Under the pieces are notes generated by a model, which was given only the letters and a program-made list of their open reading frames with translations, did no database searches and was not told the DNA's origin. Shown piece by piece: positions 1 to 8,462 of a stretch of 24,000 nt of DNA (position 1 is the first letter of the stretch; every line of letters begins with the position of its first letter). The position numbers and the translations under genes are program-made. This DNA is from Vibrio phage VH1_2019, in sequence record MN794232.1. The stretch is one strand, 5' to 3'.

Positions 1-93
1 CTTTATCACATTCGCTCGTGTAATGCTCGGTAAGAATTCGTTTTTCTTCTGCTTCACGAGCGTGAATTTGTTGTTTGAGTTCATTATGATTAA

Positions 94-429
94 TCATTGA
101 AACCCCGCTTGTTTGTTTTCTCGAATTGTCAATTTGACAAAAGAATATGAGTAATCTCTCATATCACGCGGATCGCCAGAGTAATGTCCGAACTGTGCGT
201 CGAAGTTATGAAAACCCTCGCGTCGCATGACGCCTTTGATGAGAGACATCATTTCATCACAACATTCATTGCGGTCAACATTCACCTGAATCGTGATTGG
301 AAACTGAAACCCAGCAACGCCACCGATTTTGCGCTCGATTGCTTTGCGCATTTCAACTACGAAGAGTTCTTCACGAGTTGAGCGATTCTGTTTGACTTTT
401 TGAATTAATGTATCGTATAAATTACCCAT
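94..429 (-). CDS. hypothetical phage protein (start trimmed from ORF track to internal Met MGNLYDTL)
   Basis: Open ORF with coding-like composition; tightly packed with the next gene; the first 23 track residues overlap the upstream gene. Confidence 0.6.
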   Translation of the reverse strand: MGNLYDTLIQKVKQNRSTREELFVVEMRKAIERKIGGVAGFQFPITIQVNVDRNECCDEMMSLIKGVMRREGFHNFDAQFGHYSGDPRDMRDYSYSFVKLTIRENKQAGFQ

Positions 430-796
430 CAATATATTCCTTAATCGGCTTAGAAAAGTGACGAATACAAGAACTGTCAAGACGCTTGCGACCATCACCG
501 TCTATATCTGGTAGCGTGTAATCGTCATTGAATGGCTGACCGCTTTCTTTCGCAATCTCATAGGCATCGGCTCGATTGAAGTATTCACCACAATAGTTGA
601 TAAACCCTTGACCGCGATCACCAAGTTCGCTTCGATGTTCATACGTGCAGCCAAGCTCTTTCAATAGCTTGAAGACTGATTGCATGTTTCGACCGAAATG
701 ACAGCTATCGGCAACAACAATGTCGCGCACTTCACCGTTCGGTAGTGTTACTCGAATTGCATTAGCAGCAGACGATATTACATTGACGTGCGACAT
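422..796 (-). CDS. hypothetical phage protein
   Basis: 124 aa ORF overlapping its neighbours in operon style. Confidence 0.65.
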   Translation of the reverse strand: MSHVNVISSAANAIRVTLPNGEVRDIVVADSCHFGRNMQSVFKLLKELGCTYEHRSELGDRGQGFINYCGEYFNRADAYEIAKESGQPFNDDYTLPDIDGDGRKRLDSSCIRHFSKPIKEYIDG

Positions 797-1137
797 GTAT
801 CGTACCTCATAAAAATTGAACCAACGCGCTTATACTGACCAGAGTGAGAAAGCAACAGAGCCATTTTACTATGACCAACGGGATTACTTGTCACTAGAAC
901 AACAGTGCGCGGAAAATTACGATGATCAATCGCATGAGAGAGAATATCGTATCCCTCTCTACCAACATCATCACCTAGATCGTTGTCCATGAATAGCGTG
1001 ATGTCAGTTAGATTTGTGTGCTTGACGAAATTCATACCGTCTTCGAATGTTCGAAGCACGAGTTTTTCACCATCACGTACGTAATCAGACGTGAACTTAT
1101 CAATATCACGCAGATCATCAATCATAACATAAAACAT
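778..1137 (-). CDS. receiver-like fold protein resembling the cyclic-phosphate processing receiver (cREC) family
   Basis: 119 aa; motifs VMIDDLRD, LFMDNDLGDDVGREGYD and VLVTSNPVGHSKM match my recollection of cREC signature motifs. Family call not verified by search. Confidence 0.5.
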   Translation of the reverse strand: MFYVMIDDLRDIDKFTSDYVRDGEKLVLRTFEDGMNFVKHTNLTDITLFMDNDLGDDVGREGYDILSHAIDHRNFPRTVVLVTSNPVGHSKMALLLSHSGQYKRVGSIFMRYDTCRTSM

Positions 1138-1144
1138 ATAAATA
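1137..1144 (+). promoter_or_regulatory. T4-type late promoter TATAAATA(C)
   Basis: Exact TATAAATAC about 30 nt upstream of the probable start of the HNH gene (MNYLKIYD). Confidence 0.6.
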
Positions 1145-1174
1145 CTCTTGTTATCATCAAACAGGACGGTCTAC

Positions 1175-1720
1175 ATGAACTATTTGAAAATTTATGACAG
1201 TATAGTGAAACGAGCACAAAAACGCAAGACAATTTCAGGGTATTTTGAAAGCCATCACATTTTACCGAGGTGTATGGGAGGCAATAACAAAAAATCAAAC
1301 ATCGTTAGATTGACCGCAAAGGAGCACTACATTTCACACTTATTGTTAGCTAAGATTCACAACACTCGCGGTTTATGGTTAGCCGTCGCATCAATGAGGG
1401 GATGCAATGGCGGAGGTGTGAGATTTACAGGATCTATGTACGAAACTGCAAAACGAAAAATTTCCGAAAGTATCCGAGGTGAGAATAACCCGAATTACGG
1501 TGGTCTCAGAGAAGAAACAAAACAAAAACTTTCAATCAAAGCCACTGGCAGAAAACACTCACAAGAGACTAAAGATGCTATGAGCAAAAATCGTCGAGGT
1601 GAGAATAACGGCATGTACGGAAAGAAACAACCTACCGAAACATGCATTCACTGTGGAAAGATTGCGTCGAAATCAAACATCAAACGCTGGCACAATGATA
1701 ACTGCAAGTTAAATACATGA
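1175..1720 (+). CDS. HNH homing endonuclease with NUMOD3-like repeats and a C-terminal zinc finger
   Basis: ESHHILPRCMGG...NIVRLTAKEHYISHLLLA HNH signature; SIRGENNPNYG and NRRGENNGMYG NUMOD3-like repeats; CIHCGK...HNDNC. Track start 1148 also possible. Confidence 0.85.
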   Translation: MNYLKIYDSIVKRAQKRKTISGYFESHHILPRCMGGNNKKSNIVRLTAKEHYISHLLLAKIHNTRGLWLAVASMRGCNGGGVRFTGSMYETAKRKISESIRGENNPNYGGLREETKQKLSIKATGRKHSQETKDAMSKNRRGENNGMYGKKQPTETCIHCGKIASKSNIKRWHNDNCKLNT

Positions 1721-1746
1721 TACAGTATCAACAAACGGAAGTCAAC

Positions 1747-2118
1747 ATGAAAGACGAAAAAATTATTTCTTTCGATGAATATCTAAATGAAGGATGGTTT
1801 GAGAGGCAATGGTCTCGATACAAAGCAGGGGAAGATGCACGCAGCATAAAGAAACTAGCTAAGATGCATACCAAGCTTCTGCACATCGAACAGAAAGCAA
1901 AGCAAAACAAATACCGATACGAAGCCGTACGGTTCAACTACGAACACATCAAAATGAATGTGCTCGATGCCAAGAAGCTAATTAACAAGCTGCGATACAA
2001 GAAAGGGATTAGTCAAGAGCTAGTTCAGGCAATGGATAAACTAGACATTGAACTTGATAGACTCAACGACTTTGCCGTTGAGGGATTGCATGAGCTAATG
2101 ATTCAACATAAGCTATAA
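1747..2118 (+). CDS. hypothetical phage protein
   Basis: ORF beginning MKDEKIISFDEYLNEG; start trimmed from 1717. Confidence 0.65.
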   Translation: MKDEKIISFDEYLNEGWFERQWSRYKAGEDARSIKKLAKMHTKLLHIEQKAKQNKYRYEAVRFNYEHIKMNVLDAKKLINKLRYKKGISQELVQAMDKLDIELDRLNDFAVEGLHELMIQHKL

Positions 2119-2120
2119 AA

Positions 2121-2147
2121 GAAAAGCCCCGTTTTGGGGCTTTTTTG
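2121..2147. terminator. bidirectional rho-independent terminator
   Basis: AAAAGCCCCGTTTTGGGGCTTTTTT between convergent genes. Confidence 0.9.
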
Positions 2148-2148
2148 T

Positions 2149-2361
2149 TTAATGTGAGTGGCGTAACTTCTTTTCGATCATTCGATCTACAATCGTGGAG
2201 TACATAAGATGCTCTTTGTAGTATTTCTCATCAACTCGATTGCACTGGAATTGTCGAAAATCTTTGCGTAAGCGGGCAATGAATTTATTAAGTGCTTTGC
2301 GCACTTTGCAAACTTCAGACAGTTCCATGCTTTTTAGTGTATCTTCAGAAAGTATTTCCAT
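2149..2361 (-). CDS. hypothetical phage protein
   Basis: 70 aa ORF immediately before the shared terminator. Confidence 0.6.
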   Translation of the reverse strand: MEILSEDTLKSMELSEVCKVRKALNKFIARLRKDFRQFQCNRVDEKYYKEHLMYSTIVDRMIEKKLRHSH

Positions 2362-2390
2362 GATTGTTCACCTCTTAGTTAATAGAATAC

Positions 2391-2435
2391 GGGAGACACG
2401 GGAATCGAACCCATTGCCTTGACCACATATCTCCC
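2391..2435 (-). pseudogene. 45-nt tRNA minihelix (7-bp acceptor plus T-arm, anticodon arm absent)
   Basis: Minus strand GGGAGAT-ATGTGGTCAAGGCA-ATGGG-TTCGATT-CCCGT-GTCTCCC; acceptor 7/7 (one G-U), T-stem 5/5; no encoded CCA. Confidence 0.65.
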
Positions 2436-2459
2436 ACTGAGAGTTACGCCAATCTGATT

Positions 2460-2684
2460 TTAATGTGCTAGACTCATCAAACGGCGCATACGTTCGCGTT
2501 CTGAAAGCTCATCCAAATTATCTACTTTCACCTCTTTGACTTCTTCTTTCGGCTCTTCTGGCTCATCTTTTTTACGAGCATCAGGACCGATGTTTTTCCA
2601 AAGTGGACTATTGCGCCAGTTGTCGTTGAAACCATTGCCTAGACCACGACCTTCGCGTGCGTGCGATTTGTTATGAATGCTCAT
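2460..2684 (-). CDS. hypothetical phage protein
   Basis: 74 aa, acidic/basic linker-rich; start overlaps the stop of the upstream gene. Confidence 0.6.
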   Translation of the reverse strand: MSIHNKSHAREGRGLGNGFNDNWRNSPLWKNIGPDARKKDEPEEPKEEVKEVKVDNLDELSERERMRRLMSLAH

Positions 2685-2887
2685 TATTCGTTTGATTTCT
2701 TTGTTACTTGTCTTGCAATACCTACAGCAGCAGCACCAGCAGCTACTTTAGCACCTGTCTTTGCCGCTTTACCGGCTTTCTTTGCACCAGATTTGACTCG
2801 ATCTTTGATAGAACGTTTCTTTTTCTTATCTTCTGGTCGAGATTCTTCAATTTCTGACATGAATTTGTCAAAGGTCTTTTCACTCAT
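2684..2887 (-). CDS. small Lys/Ala-rich basic protein
   Basis: 67 aa MSEKTFDKFMSEIEESRPEDKKKKRSIKDRVKSGAKKAGKAAKTGAKVAAG... Confidence 0.6.
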   Translation of the reverse strand: MSEKTFDKFMSEIEESRPEDKKKKRSIKDRVKSGAKKAGKAAKTGAKVAAGAAAVGIARQVTKKSNE

Positions 2888-2955
2888 GACTCTTATCTCC
2901 AGTTAGTTGAGTTCATCTGTATTTAGAAGATATTTCACATCATTCACTCTATGAT

Positions 2956-2963
2956 GATAAATA
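2956..2963 (+). promoter_or_regulatory. T4-type late promoter variant GATAAATA(C)
   Basis: GATAAATAC about 32 nt upstream of the 2995 ATG. Confidence 0.5.
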
Positions 2964-2994
2964 CATAAAGTAAACAATAAAAGAGAATCGAAAA

Positions 2995-3333
2995 ATGGCA
3001 TTCACTAAGATCGAACTCCCCGCAAAGAGAAGCAGAAGAAGCATTTATATACCTGCGGGTCAGTACTATGCAGATCTAGACATGACACACCCACAACAAC
3101 GAGACGGTAATTATTTTTCAGTTCTTGCAACGTTTGGGGATGTGCAGATTGCATTCGGCGGGAGATGGTATGACAAGAAAAATCCACAAGACCCCGATGA
3201 CCCGTTGCCTTCATTCCCTGAAGATTTCATTTTAGTTTCGTATAATGGACATTATGAAGCACAAGGCAATTTATTCAACACGAGCACTAGAATTTGGTTT
3301 AGTTCGATTTCTGGCTGCACACTACTATATTAA
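2995..3333 (+). CDS. hypothetical phage protein, probably virion-associated
   Basis: 112 aa ORF behind a late-like promoter and upstream of the large fibre-like gene. Confidence 0.65.
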   Translation: MAFTKIELPAKRSRRSIYIPAGQYYADLDMTHPQQRDGNYFSVLATFGDVQIAFGGRWYDKKNPQDPDDPLPSFPEDFILVSYNGHYEAQGNLFNTSTRIWFSSISGCTLLY

Positions 3334-3342
3334 GGACACAAA

Positions 3343-5058
3343 ATGAGTTCTATCAATTTACCTGGCGGAGGACAACCTCTACCAAAATACGTAGAAGAAG
3401 CGCCTGCAAATGGGTTGCTATATGGACGTAAAGATGAGACATGGGAGCCGATTCCTGAAGACTCACTAACGCCGTTTCCATTAGGTGCGACCCCTAATTC
3501 ATTCGATGCAAGAACCGGCGACAGAGACGCAGCAATCGCTCTAAGAGACGCTCATGCATCAGAAAACCCGTCGTGGGTTGCGTTTTATGTAAACAACCCG
3601 ACATCGGCGATTGACCTTGTATATGAAGACATTTCGGTTGGCGGAACCGTTGCTGAAAGACAAACGTATACAGGAACACAATGGATTTCACAGCGTATTG
3701 TTGAAGGCATACCAGGTCCGATTGGGCCATCAGGTGAAGGGTCAATTCCCCCATTCGCGTCGATTGCCGAGCGAGATTCATTCTTCGCGTCATCGGGGAA
3801 TAAATCACTATTGAAAAAAGGTTTGCCTGTATTCGTTCAAGAATTTGAAGGTCGAGCAAGCTCATATTATTGGAGAGGCGAGACAAACCCAAATACGTAC
3901 GATGCTTCTAAGTTCTCACTAGCCGCAGTTCAATCAGGGAACGGTGATTTATACTTAGCAAATACGCATAGAATATCTTCGTCAGGACAGAATATAGCAG
4001 TAACTAATATCATCGACAACGTGAGCTTTCACCCCGTATGGCAGACATATGAAGAAGGGAATACTGCAACGGTACGTGTGCGTTCTATCGAGTCTGTCAA
4101 TGAATACTCAGATAAATCAGCACAGATAACTAACCCAAGATGGGAACTAATGCAGATGCCAAACAACAGAACGTTATACTCAGTTGTAGTTGATTTTGTC
4201 AATGCATACGCTGAAATTGATGTTGTCGTTTATAAAAACACAGATGAATATTATCAAACTAAAATATTCGATATTACACCAGGAGAAGTTGATGTATTAA
4301 TCGAGCCACCGTTTGACATTCGTTCAATGGACACACTTGAGATTGAGTTGCGCAACCCGAACTTAGATGTTGTAGTATGGGGTAACTTATCAACAGGCAT
4401 CCCATGGAATAAACCAACAACACGTGATTTTACCGACGAGACGGTTGTAATTCAATCTGATTTAGATGCAGTCGAAACAAGAGTAAGTGACATCGAAGCA
4501 AACGCGATTGTCATCGGGGATAATGTTTCTAAGCTGACAAATGACGCGGGATATATTAGCGACAAAGACATCATTTTCCAGAAGAGCAATAATACAGGAA
4601 CTAATGTGTTAACGCTAAACGGGGCAGGTGATGAGGGTACTATCCCACTATCACAAACCGATGAAAACGGTGTGTTATTCGAATACTCGTCAACTACTGG
4701 CAATTTCAGACCGCTTGAAGATAAACCAATGCACATTAAACTTAGAATAAGTATTGATCGTTCTGGGGGTGGGTCAAATCCTGAGATTATAACGTGGGTT
4801 GAATCAGCAGCGACAGACACGACAGTTCCTAATGCTTTCACACAAGAAACATCGGCATTTCGCATGGATGACCTGCAAACCGACCGTACATTATTTTTAA
4901 TTGATACGATTTTAAATATGAACTCAAGTCGTTATTATCGCATAAGACTTCGTAATTTAAACGGCGATAATTTTGATGTTGATACATTCGGCCCGTTTGC
5001 AACAAGTTCGGGTAATGATATTTTTGCACCCGCAGTTGAGTTTATGATTAGTAGATAA
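3343..5058 (+). CDS. virion/tail-fibre-like protein with a short collagen-like segment
   Basis: 571 aa; GIPGPIGPSGEG; fibre-like N-terminus LPGGGQPLPKYVEEAPANGLLYGRKDETWEP; followed by a terminator. Confidence 0.65.
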   Translation: MSSINLPGGGQPLPKYVEEAPANGLLYGRKDETWEPIPEDSLTPFPLGATPNSFDARTGDRDAAIALRDAHASENPSWVAFYVNNPTSAIDLVYEDISVGGTVAERQTYTGTQWISQRIVEGIPGPIGPSGEGSIPPFASIAERDSFFASSGNKSLLKKGLPVFVQEFEGRASSYYWRGETNPNTYDASKFSLAAVQSGNGDLYLANTHRISSSGQNIAVTNIIDNVSFHPVWQTYEEGNTATVRVRSIESVNEYSDKSAQITNPRWELMQMPNNRTLYSVVVDFVNAYAEIDVVVYKNTDEYYQTKIFDITPGEVDVLIEPPFDIRSMDTLEIELRNPNLDVVVWGNLSTGIPWNKPTTRDFTDETVVIQSDLDAVETRVSDIEANAIVIGDNVSKLTNDAGYISDKDIIFQKSNNTGTNVLTLNGAGDEGTIPLSQTDENGVLFEYSSTTGNFRPLEDKPMHIKLRISIDRSGGGSNPEIITWVESAATDTTVPNAFTQETSAFRMDDLQTDRTLFLIDTILNMNSSRYYRIRLRNLNGDNFDVDTFGPFATSSGNDIFAPAVEFMISR

Positions 5059-5078
5059 AAGAGCCTTTCGGCTCTTTT
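5057..5078 (+). terminator. rho-independent terminator for the 3343-5058 gene
   Basis: AAAAGAGCC TTTC GGCTCTTTT directly after the stop codon. Confidence 0.85.
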
Positions 5079-5091
5079 AATTTGCAGAAAC

Positions 5092-5116
5092 AAAAAAACC
5101 TGCTCAAGGCAGGTTT
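5092..5116 (-). terminator. rho-independent terminator reading from the tRNA array side
   Basis: Minus strand AAACCTGCCTTGAGCAGGTTTTTTT. Confidence 0.8.
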
Positions 5117-5391
5117 AGATGTGCAATACACAGACATTCGAGAATTGTTTTATCGTCTTTCCTTAAATCTCAATTGACTATCTCGATGTTTCTCATCAAG
5201 AGAATACCCATGATTCGGCATGAGACCTATTTCGTTTTACAGTACGAACACCGTCTTAATGGTCATTTCCTACCACGAGAATGCGACAGGCTCACGTCAT
5301 CACTGAGAAAGCAGCTAGTGCGCCTCATTACTATTAAAGTTTGCTTCTTTGATTAGTAATAGTTGCTGTACAATGTCTTATTGCGAATTTG

Positions 5392-5481
5392 GCGGAGATA
5401 CTGGGAATCGAACCCAGAGAACGCTATTAACGTCCGACACCTTAGCAGGGTGCTGTCATACCTTTAGACCATATCTCCGTA
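5392..5481 (-). tRNA. tRNA-Ser(GCU)
   Basis: 90 nt, loop CTGCTAA, long variable arm, encoded CCA. Confidence 0.93.
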
Positions 5482-5485
5482 GATT

Positions 5486-5663
5486 ATTTTTTACCACGCT
5501 CTGCTTTGCTAATCTCGACAGCAGCGATTTGTGCGTTTGCTTCTTTCTCAGTATCATGAGTACCAAGTACTCTACCTTTAGATGAAAGAGCAACCCATTT
5601 GTCGCCACGCTTCTCGACTTTCTCAACAAGCTTGTGATATTCATCAAATGTTTTAAGTTTCAT
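5486..5663 (-). CDS. small phage protein missed by the 60-aa ORF cutoff
   Basis: 59 aa MKLKTFDEYHKLVEKVEKRGDKWVALSSKGRVLGTHDTEKEANAQIAAVEISKAERGKK; late promoter upstream. Confidence 0.8.
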
Positions 5664-5688
5664 GTGTCATCCCTCAGTTAGTTTATTG

Positions 5689-5696
5689 TATTTATA
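5689..5696 (-). promoter_or_regulatory. T4-type late promoter TATAAATA(C)
   Basis: Minus strand TTATAAATACAAT about 26 nt upstream of the 59-aa gene start. Confidence 0.6.
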
Positions 5697-5865
5697 ACTG
5701 AACGACTTTTAAACAGTGGCATGCTGCTCTCATGCTCAGACACATATTTGCTCTTATTGCAGGCGTGTGCCACGCGCAGCGCAGATCCCTTTTGATAATT
5801 TAATGACCAGCGGGACTCTTAGCAGGTCTATTCACTCTCTTTCGATTCGCGTTGCTAAGTGAATT

Positions 5866-5942
5866 TGGTGCCCAACCCGAGATTCGAACTCGGAACTTCT
5901 AGTGTTTGAAACTAGCGACTCTGCCAATTGGCCTAGTTGGGC
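5866..5942 (-). tRNA. tRNA-Leu(CAA) with short variable loop
   Basis: CTAGT-TTCAAAC-ACTAG; acceptor GCCCAAC/GTTGGGC; A73; CCA encoded. Confidence 0.85.
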
Positions 5943-6058
5943 TTGAATAAGCTGCCGCAACTCTTTAATCCCTAACACCTGTCAGCTTTCGCTCGGCTGA
6001 GACCGTTTTTCAACGGCGGTAGTCTAGCTTCGTATAGAACGCGGCTTATGCTAGAGTT

Positions 6059-6135
6059 TGGTACGCACGGGCGGATTCGAACCGCCATCCCTGAGATTTT
6101 AAGCCTCATGCCTCTGCCAATTGGACCACGTGCGC
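6059..6135 (-). tRNA. tRNA-Leu(UAA) with short variable loop
   Basis: TGAGG-CTTAAAA-TCTCA; GCGCACG/CGTGCGT; CCA encoded. Confidence 0.85.
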
Positions 6136-6137
6136 AT

Positions 6138-6211
6138 TGGAGCCCGAACAGAGAATCGAACTCTGACCGCGGGATTTGCAATCCCTCATACTTCCATTAT
6201 ACGATTCGGGC
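6138..6211 (-). tRNA. tRNA-Cys(GCA)
   Basis: Loop TTGCAAA, U73, GCCCGAA/TTCGGGC, CCA encoded. Confidence 0.92.
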
Positions 6212-6314
6212 AATATGTTAGTGCATTGCATGAGCTACTGGCGATCTTAATGGGTATTTCAAGCATTCAGAATTCCCATGCGCTACTACAATGCTTTTTT
6301 CGCTAAATGCACTT

Positions 6315-6391
6315 TGGGGTGACAGACGGGGATCGAACCCGCATCTTCCGGAATCACAACCCGGGGGTATTTCCACTTCACCCACTGCCAC
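6315..6391 (-). tRNA. tRNA-His(GUG)
   Basis: CCGGG-TTGTGAT-TCCGG, C73, GTGGCAG/CTGTCAC, CCA encoded. Confidence 0.88.
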
Positions 6392-6445
6392 ACCAAAGTA
6401 CACTTTGGGATGTTTACGACATCAAACGAATGCGCTCCCTGTGCA

Positions 6446-6688
6446 TTAATCAGATTTCTTTAAGTAGATACTATCAGGCGATAATTCTCTTGTAAACATA
6501 TTTTTGAAATAAATTTCAATGTCTGCTTCAGTTGTTGAAGACTCAATTTCAAGAGCACGCTCAAGAATCTTGTTACGCTTAAACCCAGCTCGCCAACAAT
6601 CAAACATAAGTCTGTCCATACGTTGAAGCTTTTCAATTTGATTCGAGTTTACGTATTCGTGAGTTTCAAGTAATGCAGGCGTATTCAT
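6446..6688 (-). CDS. hypothetical phage protein within the tRNA array
   Basis: 80 aa from MNTPALLETHEYVNSNQIEKLQRMD; the track N-terminus overlaps tRNA-Val so was trimmed. Confidence 0.65.
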   Translation of the reverse strand: MNTPALLETHEYVNSNQIEKLQRMDRLMFDCWRAGFKRNKILERALEIESSTTEADIEIYFKNMFTRELSPDSIYLKKSD

Positions 6689-6712
6689 AATATAGTTCTC
6701 ATCATAAAAGAA

Positions 6713-6786
6713 TGGTAGCCCCTGACGGATTCGAGCCGTCTCTACTTCTGTGTAAAAGAAGCGTACTCCCATTATACTAAGGGGCT
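6713..6786 (-). tRNA. tRNA-Val(UAC)
   Basis: CTTCT-TTTACAC-AGAAG, AGCCCCT/AGGGGCT, CCA encoded. Confidence 0.92.
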
Positions 6787-6792
6787 AGAATT

Positions 6793-6868
6793 TGGAGCGT
6801 CTACACGGATTCGAACCGAGACGAGTGACTTGGAAGGACACCATGCTACCAATTGACATCATAGACGC
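6793..6868 (-). tRNA. tRNA-Gly(UCC)
   Basis: Loop CTTCCAA, GCGTCTA/TAGACGC, one T.T mismatch in the anticodon stem, CCA encoded. Confidence 0.88.
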
Positions 6869-7026
6869 ATTGTTAATCTGAAGCATCAAACAAATCACGT
6901 ATAGCACGTAGATTTGTAAGCTCTACTGTAAGTGTTCTAATAAAGAACGGGTTGGTCTCTTTTGCGAGACGTTTTTCAACATCACGAATTTTATCGCGAA
7001 TGTTGCCCTTGCTTAGTGTAAAGTAG

Positions 7027-7140
7027 TCATGCTTCTTTCTCTTCGTTTGAGGTTAAAATCAGGTTAACGTGCTCATTCACTTCTTGCTCGATTTGCCACT
7101 GTTCGTAGACATACTCAGCGTATAAAAGTGTTTCGTACAT
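7027..7140 (-). CDS. small protein below ORF cutoff
   Basis: 37 aa MYETLLYAEYVYEQWQIEQEVNEHVNLILTSNEEKEA; possibly continues in another frame (see findings). Confidence 0.5.
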   Translation of the reverse strand: MYETLLYAEYVYEQWQIEQEVNEHVNLILTSNEEKEA

Positions 7141-7142
7141 GT

Positions 7143-7271
7143 TCACCCTTTTTGAATGAATTTAAGCTTACGTTTAAGCTTGCCACGAGATTTATGTCGC
7201 TTACACAGTTTAGCACCGTGATAGCTATGATATTGATAAAAGCTAGTTAGCTTCTTATACAATGATTTCAT
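7143..7271 (-). CDS. small basic protein below ORF cutoff
   Basis: 42 aa MKSLYKKLTSFYQYHSYHGAKLCKRHKSRGKLKRKLKFIQKG with a GAGG-like RBS (ACATGAGGTATGCATG). Confidence 0.5.
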   Translation of the reverse strand: MKSLYKKLTSFYQYHSYHGAKLCKRHKSRGKLKRKLKFIQKG

Positions 7272-7293
7272 GCATACCTCATGTTTTTGAATT

Positions 7294-7369
7294 TGGTGGA
7301 GACACCGATACTCGAAATCGGATCTAATGGCTTATGAGACCATTGCTCTACCACTTGAGCTACATCTCC
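7294..7369 (-). tRNA. tRNA with CAU anticodon (Met or Ile2)
   Basis: Loop CTCATAA, GGAGATG/TGTCTCC, CCA encoded. Confidence 0.9.
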
Positions 7370-7874
7370 AAAATCAGTAATTAACTCATTTAATCGCACA
7401 CGGGCTGACACCATATATTTATGGTCTGAGCGAGGAACCACATAGTGGGTACTGTCACCTCATCTTAGTTTTGATTGTTTTACATGACGATAACTAGAAA
7501 CGTTCATAATAATGCCACGCGATACTTCCTGTATCACGGCTAACTGAGTTAGCAAACTTGCCTTGCGGCTGTAGTGTCGTTTCCGACGAATTAAGTACAG
7601 ACAATACCGAAGTGTTTTTTCGTCTTTTGCATTAATCGGAGTTGACTAGCTTATTGATTCTCAACAAGCAAATATCGTCTGTTTCAGCGACGCGCCTATC
7701 TGACTATTTCTAGGCAGAGAGAATCTTTCCTTTCAAGCTGCGCCGAAGCACTACCCAGGTTAAGATCATCACTTCTTTTAAGTAATTTTCAATTGTTTGC
7801 TGTATATTGTCTCTCTAATCATACTCATGATATGCCGAAGCAAAGTATCATTCGCCGCATGATAGAGCTTAATT

Positions 7875-7950
7875 TGGCATCCCCAGAGGGATTTGAACCC
7901 ACAACCCACGACTTAGAAGGTCGTTGCTCTTCCAATTGAGCTATGAGGAC
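7875..7950 (-). tRNA. tRNA-Arg(UCU)
   Basis: ACGAC-CTTCTAA-GTCGT, G73, CCA encoded. Confidence 0.92.
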
Positions 7951-8026
7951 ATTAAAAGAATTCGATCCATGAGCTATTGCGCAGACGATGGTAGTAAAGA
8001 GACTCTGCACTCATGTGATCGAAATT

Positions 8027-8101
8027 TGGTGGACACGCAGGGAGTCGAACCCTATCCTCCTCATTGCAAGTGAGGCGCTTTCCCAATTAAGCTAACGGCC
8101 C
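8027..8101 (-). tRNA. tRNA-Ala(UGC), acceptor stem partly mismatched
   Basis: CCTCA-CTTGCAA-TGAGG, G3-U70 present, but positions 5-68, 6-67, 7-66 unpaired; CCA encoded. Confidence 0.8.
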
Positions 8102-8111
8102 AATGTTCGTT

Positions 8112-8321
8112 TTACAACTGTGTGATTGAGATATGATCCCATCCGTATAAACCTTCAAGTTCTTCAATAGGCTCACAAACAATGTCAGAAATATATTCAG
8201 CAACTTTTGCTTCAATTTCTTCATCAGATAGCTTTTCATCAATTGCAAAAGCATCTTCATTATTGTTGCCACCGAAATAGCCGCCAATGTCATATTCACA
8301 CCATACTGAAATATAGTTCAT
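8112..8321 (-). CDS. small acidic hypothetical protein
   Basis: MNYISVWCEYDIGGYFGGNNNEDAFAIDEKLSDEEIEAKVAEYISD...; upstream track residues fall in tRNA-Thr and were trimmed. Confidence 0.65.
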   Translation of the reverse strand: MNYISVWCEYDIGGYFGGNNNEDAFAIDEKLSDEEIEAKVAEYISDIVCEPIEELEGLYGWDHISITQL

Positions 8322-8345
8322 GTTATTCTCACAGTTGTTTGAAAA

Positions 8346-8421
8346 TGGTGCCCTGACACGGATTTGAACCGCGAACCTGCTCATTACAAGTGAGCTGCAC
8401 TGCCAGTTGTGCTATCAGGGC
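8346..8421 (-). tRNA. tRNA-Thr(UGU)
   Basis: GCTCA-CTTGTAA-TGAGC, GCCCTGA/TCAGGGC, CCA encoded. Confidence 0.93.
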
Positions 8422-8462
8422 GTTACTGAGTGTTATTACTTGCGTCGTCCAGACCAGAGATA

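Noticed and set aside
3494-3892. Long minus-strand ORF inside the fibre-like gene
   Set aside because: Fully antisense to a much longer, well-supported CDS; the same applies to 4452-4865 and 17106-17753.
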